From the human T2T-CHM13v2.0 reference genome, Homo sapiens: a stretch of 64,000 nt of DNA. Location of the stretch: assembly GCF_009914755.1 (NCBI RefSeq), contig NC_060926.1; one strand, 5' to 3'. The notes under the pieces were generated by a model. The model was not told the DNA's origin. It made no database searches and saw only the letters and a list, made by a program, of their open reading frames with translations. Made by a program: the position numbers and the translations under genes. Shown in pieces: positions 13,966 to 35,374 of this stretch. Within the stretch, counting starts at the first letter, position 1, and each line of letters opens with the position of its first letter.

Positions 13966-14497
13966 TATAGTGAGGCCAATAGACCAGGAAATGACTGCCA
14001 CTAACAAGTTAGTGTTTTACTCCCAGTTCCAAGAGGAGGGCGAATATGCTAGGTACACTATTCAAGGATGCAGGGGAAAGCACCAAGGTCAGTCAGGAGG
14101 AAGAAGAGACAAAAGGAACAGCTTTTATTATGGTCTTCATGGGAAGAAATGGGCAAGGTGGGGTAAGCCAGCTGAGCATGTTTAGGATTAGATAGTTTGA
14201 ATAATTTCCTTGGGCTCTGGCCTATAGTGGTAGTCCCTAGTTGTTTGGTACCTGGCCCTAGGTGACTTAGGGCAAGGGAAGAGTGTCCAGGACTGCAGGA
14301 GCCTGATAAAAGGAAGTGGGTGGGGGTATGGACTCAGATTAGTTGGTTTGCACATCAAGGATGTACTCACAGGCAGGTTGTTTGCCATCCCTAAGAATTA
14401 GCCAAGTCTGGGAGAGGCAGTCCCTTCTCAGGTATACAAGGCTGAGGATATCAAAGCATCATCAAGTACAGAAAAATTTAAAAACATGATTAATACC
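13966..14497 (-). mobile_element. MER74-like ERVL solo LTR
   Basis: tatagtgaggccaa...aaaacatgattaatac; aligns with the 1984-2797 copy. Confidence 0.75.
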
Positions 14498-14524
14498 CAC
14501 CCTATTTAAAAACATGATTAATAC

Positions 14525-14690
14525 CCACCCTCATGAGCTAGGAATTATTATTATTCAAACTTTCAGATGAGCATGGAGTCAGAGAAAGGCTCCATAACTT
14601 TCCCAAAATAACAGAAGTAGTAAGTGGTCAAGCTGGTATTCAAACCAGATAATATGGCTTCAAGACTCAGTTCTTAACTGTCATATTATA
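14525..14690 (-). mobile_element. MIR
   Basis: attattattc...ttcagatgag...agtaagtgg...gctggtattcaaacc. Confidence 0.65.
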
Positions 14691-16644
14691 CTTTACATAT
14701 ACGTAGTAAGAGACTACCAAATAAAACAAAAAACCTAGATAATTTTTAAAAAACCTAGATAATTCAAATACACATAGAATGAAACAACCAAGAGCAGAAT
14801 TAATAAAGCCATGAATATAAATGTATTTAGTTTAGTGATTAAAATCTTGCTGAGAGGCGAATGGGTCATTAGATGAGAGAACTTTTCTTTTTTATTTTAT
14901 AAAGATGACTTCATAGATGATTTTTTTTTTTTAGGATGAGAAGAAAGATACTTTCTAGACAATAAAGACTATTTATATTTACACCTTCTGAATACATACT
15001 ACATCGTATTGTATCATAGCTTTTTTTTAACATGGATTTTCCACATTACACAGTGGTCATGTATGGCAGAGACTATTTTATTTACCTCAGTATCTCTAAT
15101 GCCTGACATATAATAGGCATTCTAGGAAATTGTGTGAAATATTGAAACCCTGATGGTAGCTATGTTAGATGGATAGATAGATAACATAATGATTGATAGG
15201 CCAGCAGACAGAGAGATATGATGTGCAGTTTTTGAAGACAGTGGCCTGGCCTGGATTGCTCTGAACACAGTGTTCTAAATGCACATTTCTTCCTTATGTA
15301 ATAGCTCAGAAAGAATCAGGAGTGAAATAGGCACTTAGAGAGGCTGAGACTGGCTCCTGATTGCACTTTGGTTATTCAGCAACTCAACATACTCATCAGA
15401 TCATTGTTCCTATGGTCTTTATTCATTAGTTATTCAACTGGGAGCTAACAGAGTGGGCCACCTGTGCTGAGGCCAAGCTCAATGAACTTGGAAAGATGAT
15501 GATGGGAGACAGTTAAATATTTAAAGGCAATAAAAGAAGTAAGCATTAGTATTGTAATAAAATGCCATTAAACTTTTTAAAAATCGAATCAGCACATTTC
15601 TGTGTAGTGTTGGTGTTCATTTTACATCCCTTGATCTGTAGGATGAGATTTGTTTCTCGTGGGAGAACACTTCACCAAGCTTACTAGAGTTAATTGCATT
15701 TAGCTATTGTAAGTTGTAAAATGAATGCACCTTGAATATTAGACTGTTCATACCACAGTCTTTTGCAGAAACTGAAAAGCAAAAGGGCTTATTCCCACAA
15801 GTTTGTTTCAATTTTAATTGCATTTTGAAGAAACCCAGAAGCTTGGAGCCAAGATTTGAAGATATTAGAATGTAGGTCATTATACTAGTGCACAAATTTT
15901 ATCTCTAGGACTATACAACAGTGACTTACAAAAAAAATGATTTAAATGAATTTTTATTGTTTGGCATGTCAGCAAAAATATTTCAGAGAATTACTATGCT
16001 AGGTAAGAAGATGGATTAGTCTTATTCATCACATTCTGTGGATTATTTCTTTTTGGTGCCTACTTGTGTGCAGATGGTTTAAAAAGCATGATTCATTAAT
16101 AATTGCTAGAGCTATTAATTGAAAATGTAGATTTTGAACTCATTTCCTTCCTATTACCCTGTGGAAGGCTAACATTTCCAGTTTCTGGCTTTATATCAAG
16201 TCAACCCAATTTGACTGACTACCATTTTTTAAAAATATAAATATCTATGGAGTAAAAAGGGAAAAAAATCAAAGTTTCTTTTTCTCTGATCTATATTAAA
16301 TCAAACTGAACATGGCCTATTTTTAATTACTTATTTGTTTTTAATATTTTTTTTCTTTTTCTTATGTAGTCTCATGTGAGTGTCACAGCAAAGACAGAGG
16401 GTGTGAATTTTGCAGAGTTCCCTGTTTACTGGTCAACATTTTTAGCATGTAGCTAAAAATAATAATTTTGCAAGGTTATTTATTACTTGTTTACATTATT
16501 TGAACTTTTATATTTCTTTTTTGAGAGAACTTCAGTAAGCAGGGCACAATATATTGCTAAATACATTTTTTAAAGGATTTTCAAAAACCTTTCTATTGTA
16601 TAAGAGTAATTTAATATAAAAATAATTTTTTCATTATAGATTTC

Positions 16645-18881
16645 TTCTTTTTTATTTCAGTAGGTTTTAGGGGAACAGGTGGTGTTTGGTTACATGCATA
16701 AGTTCTTTAACAGTGATTTCCGAGATTTTGACGCACCCATCACTCGAGCAGTGTACCCTGTACCCAGTATGTAGTCTTTTATACTTTACCCCACCCTTCC
16801 CCCCCAAGTTCCCAGAGTCCATTGTATAATTCTTATGACTTTACCTCCTCATAGCATCCAGGTTGCTGCAAATGCCATTGTTTCCTTCCTTTTAATGGCT
16901 GAGTAGTATTCCATGGGTATATAAATCACATTTCCTTTATCCACTCATTGATTGATGGGAATTTGGTCTGGTTCCATATTTTTGCAATTGTGAATTGTGC
17001 TGCTATAAACATACATGTGCAAGTGTCTTTTTCATATAATGACGTCTTTTCCTCTGGGTAGATACCTAGTAGTGGGATCACTGGATCAAAAGGTAGTTCT
17101 ACTTTTAATTTTTTAAGGAATCTTCAGACAGTTTACCATAGTGGTTGTACTAGTTTACATTCCCACCAACATTGTAAAAATGTACGTTTTTCACCAGATC
17201 TATGCCAACATCTATTTTTTTTTTTTATCATGGTCATTCTTTTAGGAGTAACGTGGTATCTCATTGTGGTTTTGATTTGCATTTTCCTGATAATTAGTGA
17301 TATTGAGCATTTTTATATGTTTGTTGGCCATTTATATATCTTCTTTTGAGAACTGTCCATTCATGTTCTTAGCTCAGTTTTTGATGGGATTATTTGCTTT
17401 TTTCTTGCTGATCTGTTTGAGTTCCTTATAGATTCTGGATATTTGTCCTTTGTCAGATGCATAGTTTGTGAATATTTTCTCCCACTCTGTGGGTTGTCTG
17501 TTTACTCTGCTGATAATTTATTTTGCTGTGCGGAAGCTTTTTAGTTTAATTAAGTCTCATCTGTTTATCTTTGTTTTTGTTGCATTTACTTTTGGGTTCT
17601 TGGTCATGAAGTTTTTGCCTAAGGCAATGTCTAGAAAGGTTTTTTCCAATGTTATCTTCTAGAATTTTTGTGGCTTCAGGGCTTAAATTTAAGTATTTGC
17701 TCCATCTTGAGTTGAGTTTGTATAAGGTGAGCGATGACGATCCAGTTTCATTCTTCCACATGTGGCTTGCCAATTATCCCAGCACCATTTGTTGAATAGG
17801 GTGTCCTTTCTCCACTTTATGTTTTTGTTTGCTTTGTCGAAGGTCAGTTGGCTGTAAATATTTGGCTTTATTTCTGTGTTTTGCATACTGCATACTGTAA
17901 AACAGTACATGCTGTTTTGGTGAGTATAGCCTTACAGTATAGTTTGAAGTTGGGTAATGTGATGCCTCCAGATTTGTTCTTTTGCTTAGTCTTGCTTTGG
18001 CTATGTGAGCTCTGTTTTGTTCCATATGAAATTTCAGATTGCTTTTTCAAGTTCTGTGAAGAATGATAAAAGACCCAAATAAGCTCGATTAGGAACAAAA
18101 CGGGAGATATTTAATTTAATTCTGCTCTGATCTTTGTTATTCCTTTTCTTCTGCTGAGTTTGGGTTTGGTTTGTTCTTATTCCTCTACTTCCTTGAAGTG
18201 TGACCTTATATTGTCTCTTTGTGCTCTTTGAGACTTTTTGATGTAGGTATTTAATGCAATGAACTTTCCTCTTAGCATGACTTTTGCTATATTCAGAGGT
18301 TTTGATATGTTGTGTCACTGTTATCATTCAATTCAAATAATGTTTTAATTTCCATATTGATTTCATTGTTGAGGCAACAATCATTCAGGTACAGCTTATT
18401 TAATGTATATGTATTTTCACAGTTTTGAGATTTCCTTTTGGAGTTGATTTCCAATTTTATTTCACTGTGGTCTGAGAGTACTTAACATAATTTCGATTTT
18501 CTTAAATTTATTGAGACTTGTTTTGTGGTGTGTCATATGGTCTATCTTGGAGAATGTTCCATGTGCTGATGAATAGAATGTACATTCTGTAGTTGTTGGG
18601 TAGAATGCTCTGTTAATATCTGTAAAGTCCTTTTGTTCTGGGGTATAGTTTAAATCCATTGTTTCTTTTTTGACTTTCTGTCTTCATGACCTGTATAGTG
18701 CTGTCAGTGGAGTATTGAAGTCCCCCACTATTATTGTGTTGCTGTCCATCTCATTTCTTAGGTCTAGTAGTAATTGTTTTATAAATTTGGGAGCTCCACT
18801 GTTAAGTGCATATATATTTAGGATTGTGATAATTTCCTGTTGGACTAATCCTTTTATCATTACGTAATGTCCTTCTTTGTC
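16645..18881 (-). mobile_element. L1PB (L1PB1-like) 3' portion: 3'UTR and degenerate ORF2 with internal deletion
   Basis: L1PB 3'UTR signature aggtggtgtttggttacatg...gagattttgacgcacccatcac; ORF2-like peptide fragments in the ORF track (17546-18659). Confidence 0.88.
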
Positions 18882-25110
<6,229 letters not shown>

Positions 25111-25679
25111 CAGAAATACTTTATTGAGCAACTGCTATCTGACAGCTATGTGTCACAACTGGAATTACCTACATAAATAACACATGAGCCTTGATTCCAA
25201 TAAAAGATTGAGTTGTTAATTTTAGTTTTAGTAATTTGATTTTATAAATGTGAAATATGAACTCAATAGAACCCCATGATTGTAAATGTTTGAAAATTTA
25301 AGATCCACATTCCTAGATCTTATGTTTAAATGTTTATGTTTCCCTGGTACCCTTCTTTGTAGGAAATAATGGGAACATCATGTAAGGTAAAGTTCTGTAA
25401 AACTAACTTTGTTATTTCTAGATTTTTTTTTTCTGGCCACACCTATTGAGATACTTTCATGGTCCTTAAAAGTGGTCTGACTAGTATAGATACCTTAAGG
25501 CAGAATAGAAAGCATTGAACTATATTCTAGGGCCAGATTAAGAAAACCCATTATACCTTTTGTTGAACAAAGTTATCAGAAGCTAGCTTAGAGCAGTGGA
25601 AGTGCAATCTTGATATTATTAGTGAAGACTTTTAGCTTTCCACTCATAAAAACAATGACAGATGTTTCAGTGAACCCTT

Positions 25680-27056
<1,377 letters not shown>

Positions 27057-27089
27057 GTTTTTATCTTTTCTACGTGCATTGATTTTTGT

Positions 27090-27470
27090 CCTAGGGCTAG
27101 CTTGATGATCTTGAAGTGGCTACTTCAGATCCAGGTGTCATGCTGATACATCCAGGTCCAACAGGTGAGCCTCCAACAACTGTGCTTGTACAACTTGACT
27201 CTGCCCACTCGAATAAGAATAATCAGCACCTCCTTTCTAAAAATAGTATATCTTGAACTTTGAGTGACATAGGCAACCCACTCAGAGGAAGGTCTACAAA
27301 TTTATCTTGAAGTGATCACTAAGATTTTTTTTTTTTTTTCTGCTTTCTGGAGCTTGTTTAACACAGATTTTTATGAGCTGTTTCATTTTGCTTCTAGTCA
27401 ATATCTCCTTTTTGCTTAAGTTACTTGAATATAGTTTCCATTACCTGCAACCAAAAGACCTTTAAATATG
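27090..27470 (+). mobile_element. Old MLT1-type (MaLR) LTR remnant
   Basis: 3' end tttgcttaag...ttacctgcaaccaaaagac resembles MLT1J/K/L. Confidence 0.45.
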
Positions 27471-28003
27471 CCATTCAAATAACATTGTCTAAAATAATTG
27501 ATTTTCTTGTATGGATCCCTTATTTACCTATGAATTCACTGATGTCAATGAGTAGTATGTAATGGGCCCTCAATAAATGTTGAATGAATGCAAGGAGAAA
27601 TGAGTGAACTATGCACTATGCACTATGTTGGGTTTAACTCCCAATTATCTGGGAACACATAATTTAAAATTAATCAACCAAAATCACCAATAAATTAAGA
27701 TGTATCTATTACTTGAAACTACAGAAAAGTTATACTACACATGCCATATTATGTCTACTGCAACATGGACTTGTTATACCCTGTCCAGTCAAATTAGCAG
27801 CACCTGAGTAGTTCCTCTCCTCTGCCAATATCCTTTCTGAGAGCGTTTTGGATTGCATGGTGAAGGTGAAGGAGAGGTAAAGCTATAGTGGATACAAACA
27901 CTGCAGAGTAAGGGTGGAGGAATTAGGCTCTGGAGAAAGGTAATGGAAAAATATAATTTGTCTGTGATAAAGAAGAACCATTCAATATTTTAAAAACAGC
28001 TAA

Positions 28004-28323
<320 letters not shown>

Positions 28324-28633
28324 CGTGAATGCTTTTAACAGATAAACTTTTGGCCATTTTTAGAAGCAATTTATGTGATATTGAGTATTCTTAAACTACT
28401 ATGTTATTTTTACTTTTTGGTCCGACATTTATAGAGCAGTAAAAACATTCTGAAGTGTATCATTTTAACCAAATACACTTCCATTAAATCTATTTTTATT
28501 TTTGCTTTAAATCTTGTCCATACCTTCCTACACCACCCTTTATCACCTATTCACTAGCAAATCAAGAGCTATTATTTTTGTAGTTTCAGAAAAACTTCAA
28601 GTTTAAAAGCTGCCCATTGTATTTACATTAAAA

Positions 28634-28898
28634 ATTATTATTATTATTTTCTGAGACAGAGTCTCATTCTGATTCTCAGGCTGGAGTACAGTAGTTCAAT
28701 CATAGCTTATGGCAGCCTTCATTTCTTGGGCTCGAACAATCATCCCACCTTAGTTGCCTGAGTAACTGGGACTTCAAACACTCACAACCATGCCCAGTTA
28801 ATTAAAAAAAAAAAATTGTAGAGATGGGGTCTCACTATGTTGCCCAGGTTGGTCTTTCCTGGCCTCAAGCAATTCTCCATCCTTGGCCTCCTAAAGTG
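28634..28898 (-). mobile_element. AluJ, 5' end missing
   Basis: AluJ features (ggtctcactatgttgcccagg, ctcaagcaattctcc); abuts L1 ORF1 sequence. Confidence 0.85.
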
Positions 28899-31800
28899 AT
28901 TGCAAATTTCCCTAAATTAATGTCATACACCAAGCCACAGATCCAGGAAACTCAGAGAACACAGAGCAGGATAAATGCCAAAAGAGCTATGCCTAGGCAT
29001 ATCATATTCAAACTAGAAAAACATTCAAGGGTAAATTAAAAATCTTGGTAGAAGCCAGAAGAAAAGAACATCTTATCTATAGAAAACCAAAGATAAGGAT
29101 TACATCGAACATCTCCTCAGAAACCATGCAAGCAAGAAGACAGTGGAGTGAAATAAATTCAAGGGTTAAAAGAAAGAAAACACTAACCTAGGTGTCAGTA
29201 CCTTATAAAATTTTCCTTCAAAAGTGAAGAAAAAATATTAGACAAACAAAAACTGAGAAAATGTGTTGCCAGTAGACTTGCCTTGCAAGAAATGTCAAAA
29301 GACATTTTTTAGAAAGAAGGAAAATAATATAGGTCAGATACTTAGTTCTATATAAAGAAAGAAAGAACATCAGAGGAGGCAAAAGTTAAGGTAAAGTAAA
29401 AACTTCTATTTTTCTTATTTTTAATTGACCTTACAGATAACAGTTTGTTCAAAATAATAACAACAATTAATTCAACTGTGTATGCTTATATCCAACTATC
29501 TATCTAGATATGCTTATGTATACTTATGTATAAGTGAAATGAATGTCAATAATGATACAAGGGATGGAAGAAAGGAATTGAGATTATTCTGTTACTATAA
29601 GATACTTGTACCACCTGTGAAGCTATACAGTGGCATTTGAAAGTAGACTTGGATTAATTGTAAATGTATAATTCAAACTCCAAGGCAACAACTAAAAAAA
29701 AGTAAAAAATAAAGTATAATTGGTATGCTAAGAAAGGAGAGAAAATGGAATTATATAAAAGGCTCAATTAAAACTGCAAAGAGGCAGAAAAAGTATGAAA
29801 GACAAAAAGGGAATGAAGAACAAAGGCAACAAATAGAAAATGGTAACAAACATGGTAGATATTAATTTAACTATATCATTTATTACTTTAAATGTCCATT
29901 TTCCAAATATAACAATCAAAAGCCATAAATTGTCAGAGTGGATGGAAAAATAATCTCCAGCTCTATGTTGTCTACAAGAAACTCACATTACACATAAAGA
30001 CATATATACATTAAAGGTAAAGAAATAGAAAACCTATACCATGCTAACATTAATCAAAGGAAAGCAGTAATACCTATATTAATTTCAGACAAAATAGACT
30101 TTAGAGCAAGTAACTTTATTGGATAAAAATAGGCATTGCATAATGATAAAGGGTCAATTCCTCATGAAGACATAACAATGCTTAACTTGCATGTGCCTAA
30201 AAAAGGAGCATCAAAACAAGTGAGGCAAAAACAGATAGAACTGAGAGAAGAACTAAACGAATCCACTATGTAGTTGGAGGCTTCAACACCTCTCTATTAG
30301 AAATGAACAGATTCAACAGACAGAAAATCAGTAAGAATGTAGTTGAACTCAACAACACTATTAATCAACTGGATATAATTGACATCTATAGTCTACTTCA
30401 TCTAACAATAGCAGAATACACATTCTTCTCAAGCTCACATGGAATATTTACCAAGAAAAGCCACATTTTGGGTGATAATACCTACTTTAATAAATTTTAA
30501 AGAATAGAAATCATACAATGTTTGCTCTCAGAACACAGTGGAATTAAACTAGAAATCAATAACAAAAAGATAACTGGAAAAATCCCAAAATACTTGCAGA
30601 TTAAGCAAAACATCACTAAGTAACATGTGGATCAAAGGAGAAATTTCAAGAGATGACAAAAAAAAATTTAATAAAATAAAAATAAAAGCACAACAAAATT
30701 TTGGGGATGCAGCAGTGAAAGTAGTGCTTAGAGGAAATTTTTTAGCATTCAATGCATATATTAAAAAATAAGAAAGATTTAAAATTAAGAATCTTAGTTT
30801 CTACTTTAAGAAACTAGCAATGGAAGAGCAAATTAAATTCAAAGTAAGTAGATGAAAAAAGATAATAAAAAATAAAGCAGAGATCAATGAAATTTAAAAC
30901 AGGAAATCAACAGAGAAAATCAACGAAACCAAAAGCTTGTTCTCTGAAATTATCAATAAAACTAATATGCCTCCAGCCAGGCTAAGAAAAAAAGAGAGAG
31001 AGAGAGAGAGAACACAAATTACTAATATCAAAAATCAAAGAGGGGACATTACCACAGATTCCATGGATATTGAAAAGACAATAAAGGAACATTGTGAAGA
31101 ATGCTATGCCCATAAAAATAATAACCTAGATGAAATGGACCAGTTCCTTGAAAAGCACAATCCGTTAAAACTCAAATAAGAAGAAATAGACAATCTAAAT
31201 AGACTGATACCTATTAAATAAATTGAATCAATAATTAATAACCTTTCAAAATAGAAAGAACCAGGTCCAGATGGGTTTACTCATGAATTCTACCAAACAT
31301 TTAAGAAAGATGTTACACTAATTTTCTACAATATCTTCCAGAAGATAGAAGCAGAAAGGAAGACTTTCTAACTTATTCCAAGAGACCAGCATTATTGTAA
31401 TACTAAAACAAGACAAAAACATTACAGAAAAAAAACCCTATAGACAAATATCTTTCATGAACATAAATGCAAAAAATCCTCAGCAAAATGTTAGCATATT
31501 GAATCCAACAATCTAGAAAAAAAGTATACACCATGATCAAGTGGGATTTATCCCAGGTATGCAAGGCTAGTTGAACATTTAAAAATCAATTATTGTATCT
31601 TAGCATGTCAGGCAAAAGAAGAAATATCACACAATCATATCAATAGATGAAGACAAAATTCAGTACCCATTCATGTTACTCTTAGTAGACCAGAAAAAGG
31701 GAGAAACTTCCTCAACTTTGTAAAGAACACCTTAAAAAACAACAACAAACAAACAAACCCTACAGCTACCATCATACTTAATGGTGAGAACCTCAATGCT

Positions 31801-34315
31801 TCCCCCACAAGATCAAGAAAAAAGGCAAAAAGTCCTCCTCTCACTACTGATTTGCAACATCATACTGGAAATTCTGGCTAATGCAATTAGGCAAGGAGAG
31901 AAGAAAATAAAAGATACACAGATTGGGAAAGAAGAAATAAAACTGTCTTTGTCTGCAAATGACATAACTGCCAATGTGGAAAATCTGAAATAATCAACAA
32001 AAAATTATCCTTGAATTAAATAATTATAGCAAGGTTGAAGGATAAAAGGCAAATACACAAAAGTCAATTAGTTTCCTTTATACCAGCCATGAAAAAGTGA
32101 ATTCTGAAATTTAAAATGTGTTACCTTACATTAACACCCACCCAAGATGAAATACTTAGTATAAATCTAACAATATAGTTATAAAATCTATATGAGTTAA
32201 ACTTTGATGAAAGATATCCAAAAAGAACTAAATAATTGGATAGATATTCCATGGTTATGTACAGGAAGACTCAATAGTGACAAGATTTCAGTTCTTCCCA
32301 GCTTGATGTATAGATTCAACACAATCTCAGTCAAAATCCCTGCGAGTTATTTTGTGGGTACAGACAAACTAATTCTGAAGTTTATATAGAGAGGCAAAAT
32401 ATCCAGAATAGCCAATAGAATATTGATGTAGAAGAACAAAACCAGAGGACTGCCACTATCTGACTTCAAGACTTACCCTAAAGCAGGGATGTTCAATCTT
32501 TTGGCTTCCTTGGGCCACACTGGAAGAAGAATAATTGTCTTGGGCTACACATAAAATACACTAATACTAATGACAGCTGATGAGCTTTAAAAAATTGCAA
32601 AAAGATCCTATAATGTTTTAAGAATGTTTACGAATTTGTGTTGGGCCTCAATCAAAGCCGTCCTAGGCCACATGCAGCCTGTGGGCCATGGGTTGAATAA
32701 GCTTGCTTTAAAGCTATAGTAATTAAGACATCATGGTATTAGAAAAATAATAGACAAATAGATCAATGGAACAGAAAAAGAGAGCCCAGAAATAGCCCTA
32801 CATGAATATAGTCAACTGATCTTTGATAAAAGGGTGAAAGAAATGCAATGGAACAAAGATAGTCTTTTAAACAAATGGTACTGGAAGAACAGGACATACA
32901 TATATAAAAAAAAAAAAAAAAAAAAAAAAAAGAATTTACACACAGACCTTACACCCTTCAGGGAAATTAACTCAAAATGGTTCATGGACCTAAATGTAAA
33001 ATGCAAAACTATGAAATTCCTAGAATATAACAAAGACGACCTAGATGACCTTGGGTATAGTAATAACTCTTTAGATACAACAAGAAGGGCATGATTCAAG
33101 GAATAAATTATTAATAAGCTGGACTTTATTAAATTTAAAACTTCTGCTTTGTATAAGACAGTATCAAGAGACTGAAGACAAACCGCCCACTAGGAGAAAA
33201 TATTTGCAAAACACACATCTGATATAGGATTATTATCCTAAATATGCCAAAAACTCTTAAAACTAAACAATAAGAAAATGAACAACCCAATTTAAAAAAT
33301 GGGCAAAAGATCTGAACAGAAATCTTACTAAAGAAGATATATAGGTGGTGAGTAAGCATATGAACCGATATTCAACATTATATATCCTTTGGGAACTGCA
33401 TATTAAAGTAACAATGAGATACCACTACGCACGTATTAGAATCACCAAAATCCAAAACACTGACAGTACCAAATGCTGGTGAGGATGTGGAGCAACCGGA
33501 ACCATCATTTATGGATGGTCGGAATGCGAAATGGTACAATATAGAAGATGGTTTGGCACTTTCTTGTAAAACTAAACATATTCTTACTGTGTGATCCAGT
33601 AATCTTGCTTCTTGGTGTTTACCCAAGTGAATTGAAAACTTATGCTCACTCAAAATCCTGAAAACAAATGTTTATAGGAGCTTTATTCATATTTGCCAAA
33701 ATGTAGAAACAATCAAGATGTCTTTCTGTAGGTGCATGAGTAAATAAGCTGTGGTACACACAGACAAAATAATATTATTCAGTGCTAGAAAGAAATGAAT
33801 AATCAAGCCATGGAAAAGCATGGAGAAACCATAAATGCATATTACTAAGTGAAAGAAGCCAACCTGAAAAGGCTGCATATTGTCTGCTTAGATCCATATG
33901 ACATTCTGGAGACGACAAACTATGAAGACAGTGAAAAGATCAGTGGCTGTTAAGGGTCAGGGGGATGGGAAGCATGAATAGGCAAAGCACAGAGGATTTT
34001 TAGGGCAGTGAAACTATTCTGTAGGATACTACAAAGGAGGGTATGTGTCATTATATGTTTGTTAAAATGCATAAAACTTACAATACCAAGAATGAATTCT
34101 AATGTTAACTGTAGACTCTGCGTGATAATGACATGTCAATGTGGGTTCAGCGATAGCAACAAATGTACCACTCTGGTGGGAAATTCATAGTGAGGGAGGT
34201 TGTGTGGTGGGGTTGTGGCGTGGTGGTGGCAGTGGGTATAAGGGATCTCTCTGTACTTTCTGTTCAATTTTCTTTGAACCTAAAACTGCTTAAATAAAAG
34301 AAAACTTATTAATTT
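28899..34315 (+). mobile_element. L1MC1/2-type LINE-1 (ORF1 end, degenerate ORF2, 3'UTR)
   Basis: ORF2-like peptides in the track (30303-33094); L1MC 3'UTR aacaaatgtaccactctggtggg...ctgtactttctgttcaatttt...gaacctaaaactgct. Confidence 0.88.
32484..32705 (+). mobile_element. MER30 (hAT-Charlie), inserted in the L1MC
   Basis: cagggatgttcaatcttttggcttcc...ggttgaataagcttg; 8-bp TSD ccctaaag/ctttaaag. Confidence 0.9.
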
Positions 34316-34512
34316 CAAAAACCTTTGAATTTTTCTGGTAACAAGTTGCTACTCTTTATGCAACCTGAAATACTTAAGAGAAGTAAGACATAACTCCAGT
34401 AGCTTTTGAATCAACAGTATACGTGTATGCACTTAGATTAATATAACTGCATCTGCACTTGCAGTGTTAATTCTATTCCCTTGGATTCACACAGAACTCG
34501 ATACTGTATCTA

Positions 34513-34526
34513 TTTGCCATGGCAAC
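34513..34526. promoter_or_regulatory. RFX X-box motif (candidate)
   Basis: tttgccatggcaac matches GTTGCCATGGCAAC at 13/14 positions, in unique sequence. Confidence 0.45.
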
Positions 34527-35374
34527 ACTATCTTGATGAAATGCGGGCTTCTTATCAAAATGAGTCATACTTCTGGTAGTGACAATATGACTGTCTTCCC
34601 AGAGCACAGCAGCAACTGATTCTTGTGCTAGGAAGAGAGGGAATGTTTCATGAGTGTGTGGGTTGTAAACAGAACAAAGGGGTTATCAGCAATTCAGACT
34701 AAAAATAAATTGCAGAGTTAGCAACAGCATTCTCACTAAGGCCCTGCTCCAGAAAAGCTTCAGATAAAAATTTGTGTTTGAAATTTTTCTAAAGAAGAAT
34801 TCAAGCATAACACAGACGTGCACCTTTTCTAATATCTTTCCCTAATTACTTAAGGGTTTTTTTCCCCCTTACAGTCTGCCACTTTTGGACTTATTCTTCC
34901 CCCTCATGTAATAATAAGATTGTAAAAATTGCCTAAGGATATTGTTACAGAGCATTAAGTGTCTGAACCTAGGGAATAAAATCCACTCTCCAGCTGGGAA
35001 CTAATAATGACACTCTTAGCAGACATGCTGTCAACCCAGGAAGGACATTGCTGTAAATGTGAAACAGGGGTTTATTATTTAGCTTTCTTGCTTAGTGAAA
35101 ATAGAACACGGTTAAAGGTAAAAGTTCTGTGTTAACAACCGGTAACAACTTTATGACATAACACTCTGTGTGTTTCTGTGTGTAAATATAAATTGTGAAG
35201 TCTATATAATTAGTATAAAGAGGTTGTCATTTCTAATTAGTATTGTTAAATGCAACAACAAAAAGCACTACTACAGGTGTGTCTCTGATATATGACCATC
35301 AGACCATTCTACATTGAGTACACTCATAATTTCTCTTATGATGCTATCTGCAGATGATTTTTGACAGGCCTAAT

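Noticed and set aside
28899-34315. L1MC as a functional retroelement
   Set aside because: Numerous stops and frameshifts, a MER30 insertion and no 5'UTR.
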